Shown piece by piece: positions 35,785-45,884 of a DNA stretch of 57,650 nt. The translations under genes were made by a program, and so were the position numbers. Position 1 is the stretch's first letter. Each line of letters begins with the position of its first letter. The stretch comes from Candidatus Micrarchaeota archaeon (GTDB lineage: Archaea > Micrarchaeota > Micrarchaeia > Micrarchaeales > CABMGC01): positions 1 through 57,650 of the forward strand of contig JAKAWC010000003.1 in assembly GCA_021817125.1 (NCBI GenBank), read 5' to 3'. The notes beneath the pieces were generated by a model. The model saw only the letters and a program-made list of their open reading frames with translations, did not search any database and was not told the DNA's origin.

Positions 35785-36762
35785 TCAGTCATAGATTACG
35801 TCAACCCTGACCCTTTCCTCCATTCTTGCCCGCTCCGTGCGGAGCATCTTCTCGAAGTTGGCGTCGGTCTCGCTCAGCCTGAGCAGTTTTCCGCCCTCAA
35901 AGTATTTCGGGTCGACGTACCTGTACTTCTTCCTAAGCGGTATGCTCCCCCTATCCGACCTGCTATATTTAAGTCCGCTCCTCAGTGCGCGCAGCCTCTT
36001 GTTTATCTCCTCGTTCTGCGCCTCCTCCAGCATGCCCGTTACCTCAAGGTCCCCGCGGTGCAGCAAGTCATCCGCGGTTATTACCCCCGCATCAAATCCT
36101 ATCTTTATCGCCTGGGCAAGTATCTCGTACTCTGTCTTCCTCCTGTCGCTGCCCCATATCTCCTCCTGGCAGCGCATGTAGCCTTCCCCAAAGATCTGTG
36201 CGGGTCTTTTCGAGTCAAACACGATCTCATCCTTGTAGCTCCGCAGCCCGTTGACCACCGCGTTCACGTCGTAGTCATAATAGTAATGAAAGTCTTTCAG
36301 CGCGTAGTCAACCCTATCCGCGCAGAGCATCGGCAGCTCCCGCTCGAGCAGCGGAAACGTTTCCAGGTGGGCAATCCTCTCCGGATCAAGATCGTTAGAC
36401 TCCAGAATACGCTTCAGCTCAGAGTGAATTATGTAATCCTTGTGGATGCTGTCCTGATAATTCTCTGCTTCTACGCTGCCGAACACCCAGTCTGCCACAT
36501 GGGAGAAGGCGGTATGCGATACATCATGCAGCAGACCGGCCACCTGCTCTTCGAGCGGTGCTCCCAGTTTCTTCAGGAGAAGCATGACACCGACGCAGTG
36601 GTCGAACCTGCTGTAGTACGGCATCTCCTGCTTTATGCCATCGTTCGGTATACCCTGCTGGGACACGCCCCGGATCCTCTGCATCGGCGCGGACGCCATG
36701 AGCTCGAGCATAACCCTTTCACGTACCTCAAACGAGCCATATACCGGATCATTTACCTGCAA
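35785..36762 (-). CDS. HD-domain phosphohydrolase (SAMHD1/YwfO-like)
   Basis: DPVYG, QR...Q, SRFDHCVGV, GLLHDVSHTAFSH, ADRVDY. Confidence 0.9.
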   Translation of the reverse strand: MQVNDPVYGSFEVRERVMLELMASAPMQRIRGVSQQGIPNDGIKQEMPYYSRFDHCVGVMLLLKKLGAPLEEQVAGLLHDVSHTAFSHVADWVFGSVEAENYQDSIHKDYIIHSELKRILESNDLDPERIAHLETFPLLERELPMLCADRVDYALKDFHYYYDYDVNAVVNGLRSYKDEIVFDSKRPAQIFGEGYMRCQEEIWGSDRRKTEYEILAQAIKIGFDAGVITADDLLHRGDLEVTGMLEEAQNEEINKRLRALRSGLKYSRSDRGSIPLRKKYRYVDPKYFEGGKLLRLSETDANFEKMLRTERARMEERVRVDVIYD

Positions 36763-37090
36763 GTATTCACCTGGGTAGGTACTACTTAAGCGCCAATCTT
36801 TTTATAATAAATAGACGACCCTGGGTGCCACGAAGGCACCGCAACAGGTCAAGTTCACGCCACACAAGGGCGTGGAACACAAAGCGACCGCAGCGGCAAA
36901 ACCGTCATAGACCGTCGCAGTCGCAACTTTTGCACCCATTCCTTGGCTTTCCTTTAGGGTGTAGCATAAACTGTTTGCCTTGTCGAACCACCTCTCACAA
37001 TAATAATATACGCTCCCGAGCCGTATATATGCTAGCGTCTAAAGCGGCAAGCTAAAGAGGACAAGTTAAAGCCAATGCTTATATACCGCG

Positions 37091-38323
37091 CTAAAGCGCA
37101 GATTCCGCATAAGTCTGTGCGGAGGGTTCTATCCACGAGGTAGATCCCTCCAGTGTTATATGTATATTCAGTGCCTGGTGCCCGCGCTCCGCCATGTTCT
37201 GTATAAACTCGTCACGCTTCTCCGAGTGCACCACTGCCAGTAGGTACCCGCCGCCTCCTGCACCTACGAGCCTGCCGCCAATCATGCCGGCAGATTTGCA
37301 AAGAGAGTAGAGCTTGTCTATCGCAGGATTCGTTATTCCATCTCCGAGCTGCCTCTTGATCTGCCAGCCTTGGTCAAAGAGAGTGCCGATTAGCTCAGGA
37401 TCCAAGTTTTTCTCCAAGAGTGCATCTCTAAAGCGCACGGATATCTCCCTCTGCTTTGCAGCCAAGTCCGCTTTCTCTTTTGCACTGTTCGCCTGTTTGG
37501 TTATGAGGTCGGTGCCAGTCCTTCCCCTGACGTTTGTCGGGATTAGCACGAACATGGAGTCCAGCCTCTTTCCCTCCTCTGCGGTGAAGCCTATGTGCAT
37601 GACATCGGTTCTCCCATCAGCGTGGAATGTGAACGAGTTCCACCCTCCGTATGCTATTGCATATGGGTCCTGCCTGCCGACGCCGTCGGAGGTGCCTGGC
37701 GGCACTTTATCCTCGTCCGGGGGTAGTTTCCTGTACGCCTCCATCAGGGCAGCCCTTCGGTCTATGGCGATAGCATCCTGTGCCAATTGTTCTGCCGGAG
37801 CCCGCTTGCCGTCCCTTGCCATGTACAGCGCATCAAGTACGGCTACCGTAAGCGCGGAGCTCGATGAGAGTCCGGTTCCCTCTTCAGAAGACATGGATCC
37901 GGTGCTGCTTATCTCGATATCACATTTCTTGAGGCTCTCAATATTCCCCAAAACAGCATCGCTATCGACTATCTTGCCTCCCCTATCCTTTCTCGGTGTC
38001 AGGACCCGCTTCAGAGCTTCTCTGAATAAATCGTGCCTTATCTTTTCCGCTTTCGGCCAGTTCTCTTCAGCATTATGGTACTTGGCTATGAACCCTCCCT
38101 TGCTGGGGTACCTTACCTTCACCTGCACCCGGTGGAATTCGTCAATCGTAGCCGTAGTTGCGACTCCCCAGCCCCCCTCGATGCTCTTAAGGGTGCCCTC
38201 CAAGTCCTGCGCGCCAGTGCTTATCCTGTATGGCGCTCTGGCGTTTACCACTACCTCCTTCGGACGGTGCGCAACAAAGTGCGGCGCCTTAGCTACAGGG
38301 TCCGGCATATAATCGAAAGACAC
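37091..38323 (-). CDS. GHMP-family sugar kinase (HddA-like)
   Basis: APYRIS, GTGLSSSSA, GRQDPYAIAYGG, GGRLVGAGGGGY. Confidence 0.85.
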   Translation of the reverse strand: MSFDYMPDPVAKAPHFVAHRPKEVVVNARAPYRISTGAQDLEGTLKSIEGGWGVATTATIDEFHRVQVKVRYPSKGGFIAKYHNAEENWPKAEKIRHDLFREALKRVLTPRKDRGGKIVDSDAVLGNIESLKKCDIEISSTGSMSSEEGTGLSSSSALTVAVLDALYMARDGKRAPAEQLAQDAIAIDRRAALMEAYRKLPPDEDKVPPGTSDGVGRQDPYAIAYGGWNSFTFHADGRTDVMHIGFTAEEGKRLDSMFVLIPTNVRGRTGTDLITKQANSAKEKADLAAKQREISVRFRDALLEKNLDPELIGTLFDQGWQIKRQLGDGITNPAIDKLYSLCKSAGMIGGRLVGAGGGGYLLAVVHSEKRDEFIQNMAERGHQALNIHITLEGSTSWIEPSAQTYAESAL

Positions 38324-38423
38324 TATATTTTAAGTGGTATTTAATGGTTTGTCCTATTCCGTACAGGGCGTCCGCCGTCAGCTTCCTGAGCGTGAGCTGC
38401 TCCATCCTCTCGAAGAAGAAGTT

Positions 38424-38563
38424 TGGGGTTGCTGGGATTTGAACCCAGACTTGCTGGTAACGCCTGATCATATATCAATGCTCCAAATCCTAATCATCGC
38501 TAGTCGCTCAATCCGTTATGAACATCTGGAGCCAGCCGCGCTGCCAGGTTACGCAACAACCCC
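38424..38563 (-). tRNA. tRNA-Trp(CCA) with 67-nt intron at 37/38 (intron 38459-38525)
   Basis: GGGGTTG/CAACCCC acceptor; GCTGG-CTCCAG|A-CCAGC anticodon arm; T arm CTGGG-TTCAAAT-CCCAG; BHB-like junction. Confidence 0.93.
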
Positions 38564-38663
38564 TGTAGCATAGTTGTTATCATCTAACGTTTTTATATAT
38601 ACGTGTTGTCTTAGTAGAGAATGTTTATTAAGGCAAATCAAGGAAGCATTAACTGGTGTCAGC

Positions 38664-40118
38664 GTGGCTAAGGATGAGAAGATGGATAAGGGCATCACTG
38701 TAAAGAAGGGCGATGACCTTTCGGAATGGTATACGCAGGTCGTGCAGAAGGCGGAGCTCGCTGACTACGGCCCCGTCCAGGGTACCATCGCTTACAGGCC
38801 TACGGCGTACGCAATATGGGAGCACATACAGGAGATATTCAACGGCATGATGCGCAGCACCGGGCACCGGAACGTATACTTCCCGATGTTCATACCTGAG
38901 AACCTGCTCACGAAGGAGAAAGAGCACATCGAGGGATTCGCGCCGGAAGTCTTCTGGGTCACGCATAGCGGCGATAACAAGCTCGCGGAGAGGCTCGCGG
39001 TAAGGCCCACATCAGAGACGATAATTTATACGTTCTACTCAAAGTGGGTCAGGAGCTGGAGGGACCTGCCCCTTCTGCTCAACCAGTGGTGTAACATAGC
39101 CCGGGCAGAGATAAAATCGACAAAGCCTTTCATCAGGGGAAGTGAGTTCCTCTGGCAGGAGGGCCACACCGTACACGCCACGAAGGAGGAAGCCGATGAG
39201 GAAGTGATGCGGATGCTCAACTTCTATAAAGAACTTGTTGAAGAGTACCTTGCCATTCCCGTGATAATGGGCAAGAAGAGCGAACGCGAGAAGTTCGCTG
39301 GTGCACTCTACTCTGCGACATTCGAGCCCATGATGCCTGACGGCAAGGCGCTGCAAGGCGGAACGTCACACAACCTAGGCCAGAACTTCTCAAAGCCGTT
39401 CGACATAAAGTTCCTCGACAAGGATAACACTTCGAAGTATGCGTGGACCACCTCATGGGGCATATCGACGCGCCTGATAGGCGCCACGATAATGGTGCAT
39501 GGGGACGACAAAGGGCTGGTGCTGCCCCCAAAGATTGCACCTGTCCAGGTGGTCATAGTCCCTATATTCAAGACCGGCGAAGACGCCGCCGTGCTCAAGA
39601 AGGCAGACGAGATAAGGAAAGCACTCGCATCGCACGGCATCTTGGTGCTGCTTGACGCTAGTGAGGGCAAGACTCCAGGCTGGAAGTTTAGCGAGCACGA
39701 GATGAAGGGCGTGCCGGTCCGGATAGAGATTGGTCCGAAGGACATCGCCTCGAAGAGCGTTGTCGCCGTCCGCAGGGACACCGGCGAAAAGAAGGGTATC
39801 CCAGAGAGGGAGGTTGGGGCATCGGTAATGGCGTTGCTTGCCGCAATTCAGAGTAACCTGCTTGCGAAGGCACGTGACGCGCTCCAGAAGCAGATTACCG
39901 AGACCGACGATTATGCCAAGCTCAAGAGCACAATAGAGACTAAGGGGGGATTCGTGGTATCTTCCTGGTGCGGCGCTGACGCATGCGAGCTAAGAGTCAA
40001 GGAGGAGACCGGGGCGACGATACGGGCAATCCCGTTCGAGGAACCTAAGAAGCTCGGCAACTGTCTCATCTGTGGAAAGAGGGCAAAGCACAAAGCGTAC
40101 TTCGCAAGGGCTTACTGA
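38664..40118 (+). CDS. proS: Proline--tRNA ligase (archaeal/eukaryotic type)
   Basis: SEWY, LAVRPTSET, EFLWQEGHT, QGGTSHNLGQNFS, TSWGISTR, C-terminal ARAY; GTG start after GGTG. Confidence 0.97.
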   Translation: MAKDEKMDKGITVKKGDDLSEWYTQVVQKAELADYGPVQGTIAYRPTAYAIWEHIQEIFNGMMRSTGHRNVYFPMFIPENLLTKEKEHIEGFAPEVFWVTHSGDNKLAERLAVRPTSETIIYTFYSKWVRSWRDLPLLLNQWCNIARAEIKSTKPFIRGSEFLWQEGHTVHATKEEADEEVMRMLNFYKELVEEYLAIPVIMGKKSEREKFAGALYSATFEPMMPDGKALQGGTSHNLGQNFSKPFDIKFLDKDNTSKYAWTTSWGISTRLIGATIMVHGDDKGLVLPPKIAPVQVVIVPIFKTGEDAAVLKKADEIRKALASHGILVLLDASEGKTPGWKFSEHEMKGVPVRIEIGPKDIASKSVVAVRRDTGEKKGIPEREVGASVMALLAAIQSNLLAKARDALQKQITETDDYAKLKSTIETKGGFVVSSWCGADACELRVKEETGATIRAIPFEEPKKLGNCLICGKRAKHKAYFARAY

Positions 40119-40226
40119 GGCGGTAAGCGGTAGTGTCAGCGACTCTCTTTTGCATCACTAAATCAGCAATACCTCGTAGTCTTCATCATCCGAAGTATAC
40201 ATCGCGCCAATGCTATTTAAAGCTGC

Positions 40227-41102
40227 TTACGGACCTACGACCAGCAAGTAGAGCGCCATGAGCAATACTATAGAAAGCACCATCCGTCTCCCAAAGTCCT
40301 TTTCATTGAACATAACGCTTCCGGAGACTACCGTCATAAGGACGTACGCTGTGTTTCGCAGTGGGGTGACCAGCGCGATAGGTGCAAGCGTAATTCCAAG
40401 GTAGTAGAATATCCGGTACATGTTCGTCAGCACAGCGGTCGATATGATTGCCTCCTTGTATCTCATTAGGTTCCGTATGGTCTCCCTGAGCCCTCCATAC
40501 ACGAGCTGCATATATATCAGGAAATAGACCGCAATCAGGGCCTGCGACACTATAAGGAACGTGATGTAATCGACCCCGTTCGAGAGTATGTACTTAGTCT
40601 GCACCGCTGTAATCGCGGTGATTATCACCGTGGCAAAGATGAATATGACGTACTTTTTCTTCCCGACTGCGCCGAACCCGCGCCTGTCCTTCTGAAACAT
40701 GAGCGCATATGTAGCCGCGACCATTATGCCTATGCTAAGATACTGCACCACCGATAGTTGCTCTCCGAGGAAGACGAACGCAAAGATGACCGTGAAGAGG
40801 GACGGCAGTGAACTGAAAATTGGGGAAGCAACCGAGAGGCTCTCGTGCTTGAATATCCTGGAGTTCAGCAGGTATGTCCCTGCGGATAAGAGTGCGTTCA
40901 GGGCGATCATTGCCCATATCCACAATGGTAGACTCTCATAGCCGGCGAATGGCAGTAGGAAGAGCCCGACAATCGCGGCAATCACTGAGAAACTTGCGCT
41001 ATACGCCGATGCGTGCTCTTTGATCAGGGTCTGCTTCTGGATTATGGTGGACAACCCCATCAGGACTGACGAGATGAGCACCAGGTAGTACCACTGCAAC
41101 AT
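40227..41102 (-). CDS. EamA/DMT-family transporter
   Basis: Two 5-TM repeats with FVFLGEQL and VMFNEK. Confidence 0.85.
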   Translation of the reverse strand: MLQWYYLVLISSVLMGLSTIIQKQTLIKEHASAYSASFSVIAAIVGLFLLPFAGYESLPLWIWAMIALNALLSAGTYLLNSRIFKHESLSVASPIFSSLPSLFTVIFAFVFLGEQLSVVQYLSIGIMVAATYALMFQKDRRGFGAVGKKKYVIFIFATVIITAITAVQTKYILSNGVDYITFLIVSQALIAVYFLIYMQLVYGGLRETIRNLMRYKEAIISTAVLTNMYRIFYYLGITLAPIALVTPLRNTAYVLMTVVSGSVMFNEKDFGRRMVLSIVLLMALYLLVVGP

Positions 41103-41123
41103 TATTCCACGCCCGAAATATCA

Positions 41124-41196
41124 TAGCCCCGATCGGATTCGAACCGATGTACATGGGTCCAAAGCCCATGGTCCTTGGCCGCTAGACGACGGGGCT
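41124..41196 (-). tRNA. tRNA-Gln(TTG)
   Basis: AGCCCCG/CGGGGCT acceptor (A1-U72); ATGGG-CTTTGGA-CCCAT; ATCGG-TTCGAAT-CCGAT. Confidence 0.95.
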
Positions 41197-41232
41197 GCTG
41201 ACGCTATTAATTACAAGTAAACGTTTATGGAC

Positions 41233-41640
41233 TTATAGCTCTTTTGTCGCAGCGTCGACCGGTTTCTTTGCGTAAGCGAATACCGCCTCCTTTATCGCCC
41301 TGAGCGAGAGGCTCGCGCAGTGCAGCCTGACCGGCCCCGGGTCGAGACCTATGATGTCAAATAAGTCTCTCTTGCCCAGACTCTCTATCTCCGCAAGGCT
41401 CTTTCCCTTGAGCGCCTCCGTGACAAGGCTGGCAGATCCCATCGATATCACGCAGCCCTTCCCCTCGAACCTGACCTCCTTGAGCCTCTTGCCCTCCAAC
41501 TTCAGGTAAACAGTTATATCATCCCCGCATGTGCTGTTCTCCTCGTGTATCTTCGCATCCGCATCTGCGATGCTGCCCTTATTCCGTGGGTGCTCGTAGT
41601 TCTGTATGAGCGTCTCTGCGTAAAGGTCTTCTATTGCCAT
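41233..41640 (-). CDS. Fe-S cluster scaffold (IscU/SufU-like)
   Basis: LY...HPRNKG, CGD, FEGKGCVIS.GSAS, RLHCA; start MAIEDLY at 41640. Confidence 0.92.
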   Translation of the reverse strand: MAIEDLYAETLIQNYEHPRNKGSIADADAKIHEENSTCGDDITVYLKLEGKRLKEVRFEGKGCVISMGSASLVTEALKGKSLAEIESLGKRDLFDIIGLDPGPVRLHCASLSLRAIKEAVFAYAKKPVDAATKEL

Positions 41641-41648
41641 GCTCTCAG

Positions 41649-42224
41649 TCAGAAGTCTTTTATGAACGGCAACGGCTTCACCACGCTGAAGAAAATGCCG
41701 CCGAGCGTCTTGTTTATGCTTTGCCTCTTCATGTATATAATCGCGCCTATCACGATGCTCAGTACCGCTCCTGCGACCACGTCCGTGAAGTAGTGCTGGC
41801 CTAGATATACTCTCCCGAACAGGGTGACAAGCATCCATATGACGTAAAGCGCCTGCAGTCTCCTGTACTGCTTCATGAACACGAACAAGCCCGTGAGCAC
41901 AGTGGCATGGTTGGACGGGAAAGAGAAACCGCTCTCGCAGCCTACGTGGTTTATCCAGGATAAGCTGCTTACAGTGCATGGTCTGGGCTCCATGAAGATA
42001 TCCTTGAGAATCTCGGCGATGACCAGCAGCGCAACTACGGCAAATGCATAAGAGAAGACGTCCCTGTCTTTCTTGAAGAAGAGGTATATGCCTATCAGTG
42101 GCAGCACAACCAAGAAGCTCTCTGCCCAGTAGCCCATCATCGTGTTGAGCAGGGAGCTGGCTATAGCACCGACCGCCCGGAACACCGGGTCGTTAATGAC
42201 TGGCAGAACCTGAAGGAGAATCAT
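41649..42224 (-). CDS. PAP2-family membrane phosphatase
   Basis: K......RP, SFPSNHA, RVYLGQHYFTDV. Confidence 0.92.
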   Translation of the reverse strand: MILLQVLPVINDPVFRAVGAIASSLLNTMMGYWAESFLVVLPLIGIYLFFKKDRDVFSYAFAVVALLVIAEILKDIFMEPRPCTVSSLSWINHVGCESGFSFPSNHATVLTGLFVFMKQYRRLQALYVIWMLVTLFGRVYLGQHYFTDVVAGAVLSIVIGAIIYMKRQSINKTLGGIFFSVVKPLPFIKDF

Positions 42225-42247
42225 AGCATCACGATGCTCATATTTAT

Positions 42248-42640
42248 ATGGGCAGATTCTTATATGCTAGCATGGACTGGATTATCCTCGACACGAGTTC
42301 CATAATATTCTCGCTGTCGAACCACTTCGACCCGTTCGCATACGTGCGGGACAACATGCCCACTTACAGGATCCTGATATCCAGCGGCGTGGTCACCGAG
42401 CTCGGCAAGCTCGGCAGCGGCAGGAAGAAGGAGAAGAAGTACGCCAATGTGGCGCTGGCGCTGCTTGGCAGGTACGACCTATCTATAGCCAAGTCCCCGC
42501 TCCCTGTTGACAGGTGGATAGTCAAGGAGGCAATCTCAAGGCACTGCCTGGTCTGCACGAACGACATAAAGCTCAAGGAATCGCTGAGGGATAAGGGGGT
42601 AAACACAGTCTCAGTTGCCCGGAACGGGTCTCTGCGCTGA
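42248..42640 (+). CDS. PIN-domain protein (Fcf1/VapC9-like)
   Basis: ILDTS, VVTEL, VD..I, VCTND..LK. Confidence 0.85.
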   Translation: MGRFLYASMDWIILDTSSIIFSLSNHFDPFAYVRDNMPTYRILISSGVVTELGKLGSGRKKEKKYANVALALLGRYDLSIAKSPLPVDRWIVKEAISRHCLVCTNDIKLKESLRDKGVNTVSVARNGSLR

Positions 42641-43501
42641 CTTCAACCGCTCCAGCACTGCATCGGCCAATTCTGTGGTGGCCGCTGAGACCACGGCAAC
42701 GTGCGAGTCTTGCCCGAAGTGCAGGAACTTTCTTGGGCCGATGGATTCCCCGTCCGAGGTCACCATCACTCCTCCTGCAGCCCTCACGATGCCGAATGCC
42801 ACTCCCAGTTCGAGGTTGCCCTTCCTTGTATACTCGAGGACGACGTCGACCTTCCCCAACGCAAAGTCTACAAAGTGCGATGCTGTCGAGCGCAGGCAGG
42901 TATAGCTGCTGCCGTCAGGAAACATGTTCAGGTACGTCTGCCCGACAAATGCCCTCTCGCTTGGTCCGCAGCCTGGCCAGTAGTTGAGATATATCTTGAT
43001 GCTGGCATCAAGTCTTCTTGCCCCGGAGGTCCTTAATGGCGTCTTCGTCCCGGTGGTAAGGTCTCTTGCGAAGCTCCCTTCCCTGCTTGCAAGGAGCAGC
43101 ATGGCCGTCGGGTGCTCTACTATGCCTCCGACAAGAAAGTCAAGATACCTGGGATTCGAGCCTTCGAGAATGGAGAACATCGTGCCGTACCTGGCTGTCT
43201 TTTTGCCATTCATCAGATCCACGTACTGGTTTGTGCCATCGAGTCCGTCGAGCACTCCCGTGAAGCGGTTGCCCATCGCCACGCGCCCGTGCTCTTCCGA
43301 CATCACCGTTATCGGGACCTTGTGGCTCCGCATCATGTCCAGAATAATGCGCTCTGCCTCTATGTCAGCCCTGAGGCTGGTCTCGCCGAACTGGTTCCCG
43401 GCAACCTTCTGCACGCCTGCCTGGCCCATCTCCTTATGGGACCTGAAAACGCTAGTAAGTGCCCGGTCCACCGTCCTGACGATATGCACTTCTCCAGCCA
43501 T
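42611..43501 (-). CDS. Inositol monophosphatase/FBPase-family protein
   Basis: ADIEAE, SEEHG, LDGLDGTN, AAGG. Confidence 0.85.
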   Translation of the reverse strand: MAGEVHIVRTVDRALTSVFRSHKEMGQAGVQKVAGNQFGETSLRADIEAERIILDMMRSHKVPITVMSEEHGRVAMGNRFTGVLDGLDGTNQYVDLMNGKKTARYGTMFSILEGSNPRYLDFLVGGIVEHPTAMLLLASREGSFARDLTTGTKTPLRTSGARRLDASIKIYLNYWPGCGPSERAFVGQTYLNMFPDGSSYTCLRSTASHFVDFALGKVDVVLEYTRKGNLELGVAFGIVRAAGGVMVTSDGESIGPRKFLHFGQDSHVAVVSAATTELADAVLERLKSAQRPVPGN

Positions 43502-43661
43502 GGGAATGGATTGACTGTCCTCCTATATAGATGTTAATAATGCATGAGGGCGCGACGTCGCAGCGAAACTCTTATAAATGGATACGCCTTAATATAATAG
43601 CGGGGTTTAGTCTGTACAGGCTACGCCCAGCCAGACTTTTTATCCTTAGACCGGTGGAATC

Positions 43662-44249
43662 TTGTATTACATAAACACTATAAGGGACTCGATAAGCATC
43701 TCTCCGAAGTACATGGGGGAGGACATCACCAAGGCCGTCGAAGAGACTCTCAGGAACAAGTACGAGAGGACTATGGACAGGGACCTCGGGGTGGTGCTTG
43801 CGGTGTTCAACGTAAGGGACATAAGCGACGGCATGATAATGCCCGAGGACCCCAACACGCACCACCATGTCGTATTCGACGTGCTCACGTTCAGCCTCGA
43901 GGTAGAGGAAGTGGTGATAGGGGAGGTATCGGAACTGGTCGACTTCGGTTGCTTCGTAAGGGTAGGTCCGCTGGACGGGCTTGTGCACCTTTCACAGATT
44001 ACGACCGACTTCGTCAACTATGACAGAAAGACTCTTCAGTTTGTATCAAAGAACAGCGGCAAGTCGCTCAAGAAGGGCGATGTGGTATATGCCAAGGTCT
44101 CGACAATAAGCATGAGGTCGAACCTCAAGGACACGAAGATCGCGCTCACGATGCGCCCAGACGGTCTCGGCAAGCCCGAATGGATCAAGGAGGCAAAGTC
44201 GAACGCGAGAAGGGCGGCAAAGGCACACGGTGGCCCAAGAAGGAGGTAA
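43662..44249 (+). CDS. rpo7: RNA polymerase subunit Rpo7 (RpoE')
   Basis: EVVIGEV..LVDFGCFVRVGPLDGLVHLSQI, KIALTMRPDGLGKPEW. Confidence 0.96.
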   Translation: MYYINTIRDSISISPKYMGEDITKAVEETLRNKYERTMDRDLGVVLAVFNVRDISDGMIMPEDPNTHHHVVFDVLTFSLEVEEVVIGEVSELVDFGCFVRVGPLDGLVHLSQITTDFVNYDRKTLQFVSKNSGKSLKKGDVVYAKVSTISMRSNLKDTKIALTMRPDGLGKPEWIKEAKSNARRAAKAHGGPRRR

Positions 44250-44253
44250 TCCG

Positions 44254-44442
44254 ATGGAAAAAGCTTGCAAGGTATGCCGTTACATAATCTCGCAGGGAGA
44301 GCTCTGCCCGGTCTGCGGATCGACGAGTCTTACCACGAAGTGGAACGGCTACATCGTAATACTGAATTCTGAGAAATCAGACATAGCAAAGAAACTGAAC
44401 ATCAAGGCGAATGGCACATACGCGCTGAACGTCGGAGAGTGA
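44254..44442 (+). CDS. spt4: Transcription elongation factor Spt4 (RpoE'')
   Basis: ACKVC...CPVCGS...W.GYIVI...S.IAK...G.YAL. Confidence 0.95.
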   Translation: MEKACKVCRYIISQGELCPVCGSTSLTTKWNGYIVILNSEKSDIAKKLNIKANGTYALNVGE

Positions 44443-45162
44443 TTACTTCTCCGCAGCCGTCTGCTCGGTGTCTTTCTTGCCCTCCTTCTCTTCGCGGACG
44501 TATTCCTCGCTGATGACCACCTTCGACACGTTGGGAAGGTGCTTCAGTATCGCGGCGACCATGACGTCCTTGTGTATGAAATAATCAGCGTCCTTCTTGA
44601 CCTTCTGTCCGAAAGATATCCTGGCAACGCCGCCCTCTATCGCGACGCTGTCCGCCGGAATGTCATAGTTCTCCGCGAATGTGGTAACTTTCTCCTTGTC
44701 TCCATCTATCTTGGCGATGACCTTGACTTCGCAGACGAGCTTCTCTCCCGCAAGCGGATGATTCGCGTCCACGAGGACCCTTCCGCCGTTCACGCTCTTT
44801 ATCGTGACCGGCACGCCATCTATGTCGAGCCGCATGCCCGGATACGGGTTTATCTCTCTCGCCCTGAAGTCCGAGAGCGGCATGACGCGGACAGCATCCT
44901 GACTTCTCTCTCCGAAAGCATCCTTGGGCTCAAGCTCGAGCTTCTTAGACTGGTTGAGCGACATGCCCCTGAGCTCCTTCTCTATCCCTGGGATTACAGT
45001 GCCCTTCCCGACTATCACGAGCTCCGGCTTGTACCTCGCCTTCTCATCGAAGGCGTCGTTCTTCTTGGCGACCTCCTTGTCCGTTGTGTAGACCAGGCTG
45101 TTGTCTGCCGCCCTCCATGTGGTGTACTCTATCCTTAGAAAATCCCCTTCGTTAAAACCCAT
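44443..45162 (-). CDS. FKBP-type peptidyl-prolyl isomerase (long archaeal SlyD-like)
   Basis: GDFLRIEYT, VIPGIE, P.DAFGER, VDANHPLAG. Confidence 0.92.
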   Translation of the reverse strand: MGFNEGDFLRIEYTTWRAADNSLVYTTDKEVAKKNDAFDEKARYKPELVIVGKGTVIPGIEKELRGMSLNQSKKLELEPKDAFGERSQDAVRVMPLSDFRAREINPYPGMRLDIDGVPVTIKSVNGGRVLVDANHPLAGEKLVCEVKVIAKIDGDKEKVTTFAENYDIPADSVAIEGGVARISFGQKVKKDADYFIHKDVMVAAILKHLPNVSKVVISEEYVREEKEGKKDTEQTAAEK

Positions 45163-45268
45163 AAGACTACCTATCGTATCGCTATTTATATCCGTATGTG
45201 CAGATAAGATATGCTCTAGCTACTTATGGCTCTATTTGCATCAGCTAAGCTAAAAACCTTGTGATGTC

Positions 45269-45880
45269 GTGGACAAGAAGAAGATAGAACTGCTCGCATC
45301 GATATTCGTAGCTGTGATATTCCTCACATCTTACGCTGCGTTCGGCAGCAATGGCAGCAATACGACCACCACCACTGTATCATCCAATCCCGGCCAGACT
45401 TTCTACGCGGTCGGCAACGTGACCGGCGCGATAACCGGCTATGGGCCGGCGCTGAGCCTGACGATGAAGTGCAACGCGAGCGCCATGAGCAATGAATCCG
45501 CGATGCTCAACGATCTCCTAGCAAACCTTGAGGCGAACAACAGCATAAGCAACTACTACTCGCCGACACAGAGCCAGTTTATGATCGAGACCGGCAATCT
45601 TAACTCGTCAGGCGCATACAGATACATATACCCGAAGCTCACGCAGACGGAGCAGGGCTGCACAACCTTCTCCTCACAGGCAGTATTGCAGCTGGCACCG
45701 CTGGCGCACTTCACGGCGCAGGGCCAGAAGATCGCCGTGCCATTGACCGGCGCGAGGCAGTATGGCATGCGGCTCAACCTAACGCAGAACATGCAACAGA
45801 GCTATAACCTCAGGATAGCCGCGCTGCTCACCATCAATGGGACGATATATGGCAACGTGACTGTCCTGGGCATAAAGTGA
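45269..45880 (+). CDS. Membrane-anchored secreted hypothetical protein
   Basis: Basic plus hydrophobic N-terminus, Thr run, many sequons. Confidence 0.75.
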   Translation: MDKKKIELLASIFVAVIFLTSYAAFGSNGSNTTTTTVSSNPGQTFYAVGNVTGAITGYGPALSLTMKCNASAMSNESAMLNDLLANLEANNSISNYYSPTQSQFMIETGNLNSSGAYRYIYPKLTQTEQGCTTFSSQAVLQLAPLAHFTAQGQKIAVPLTGARQYGMRLNLTQNMQQSYNLRIAALLTINGTIYGNVTVLGIK

Positions 45881-45884
45881 CAAT

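Noticed and set aside
36935-36960. GGAAAGCC as RNase P RNA P4 motif
   Set aside because: It lacks the GAGGAAAGUCC consensus and the complementary 3' P4 strand.
41641-41979. 248-aa version of IscU
   Set aside because: The extension overlaps the PAP2 gene in another frame; homology starts at MAIEDLY.
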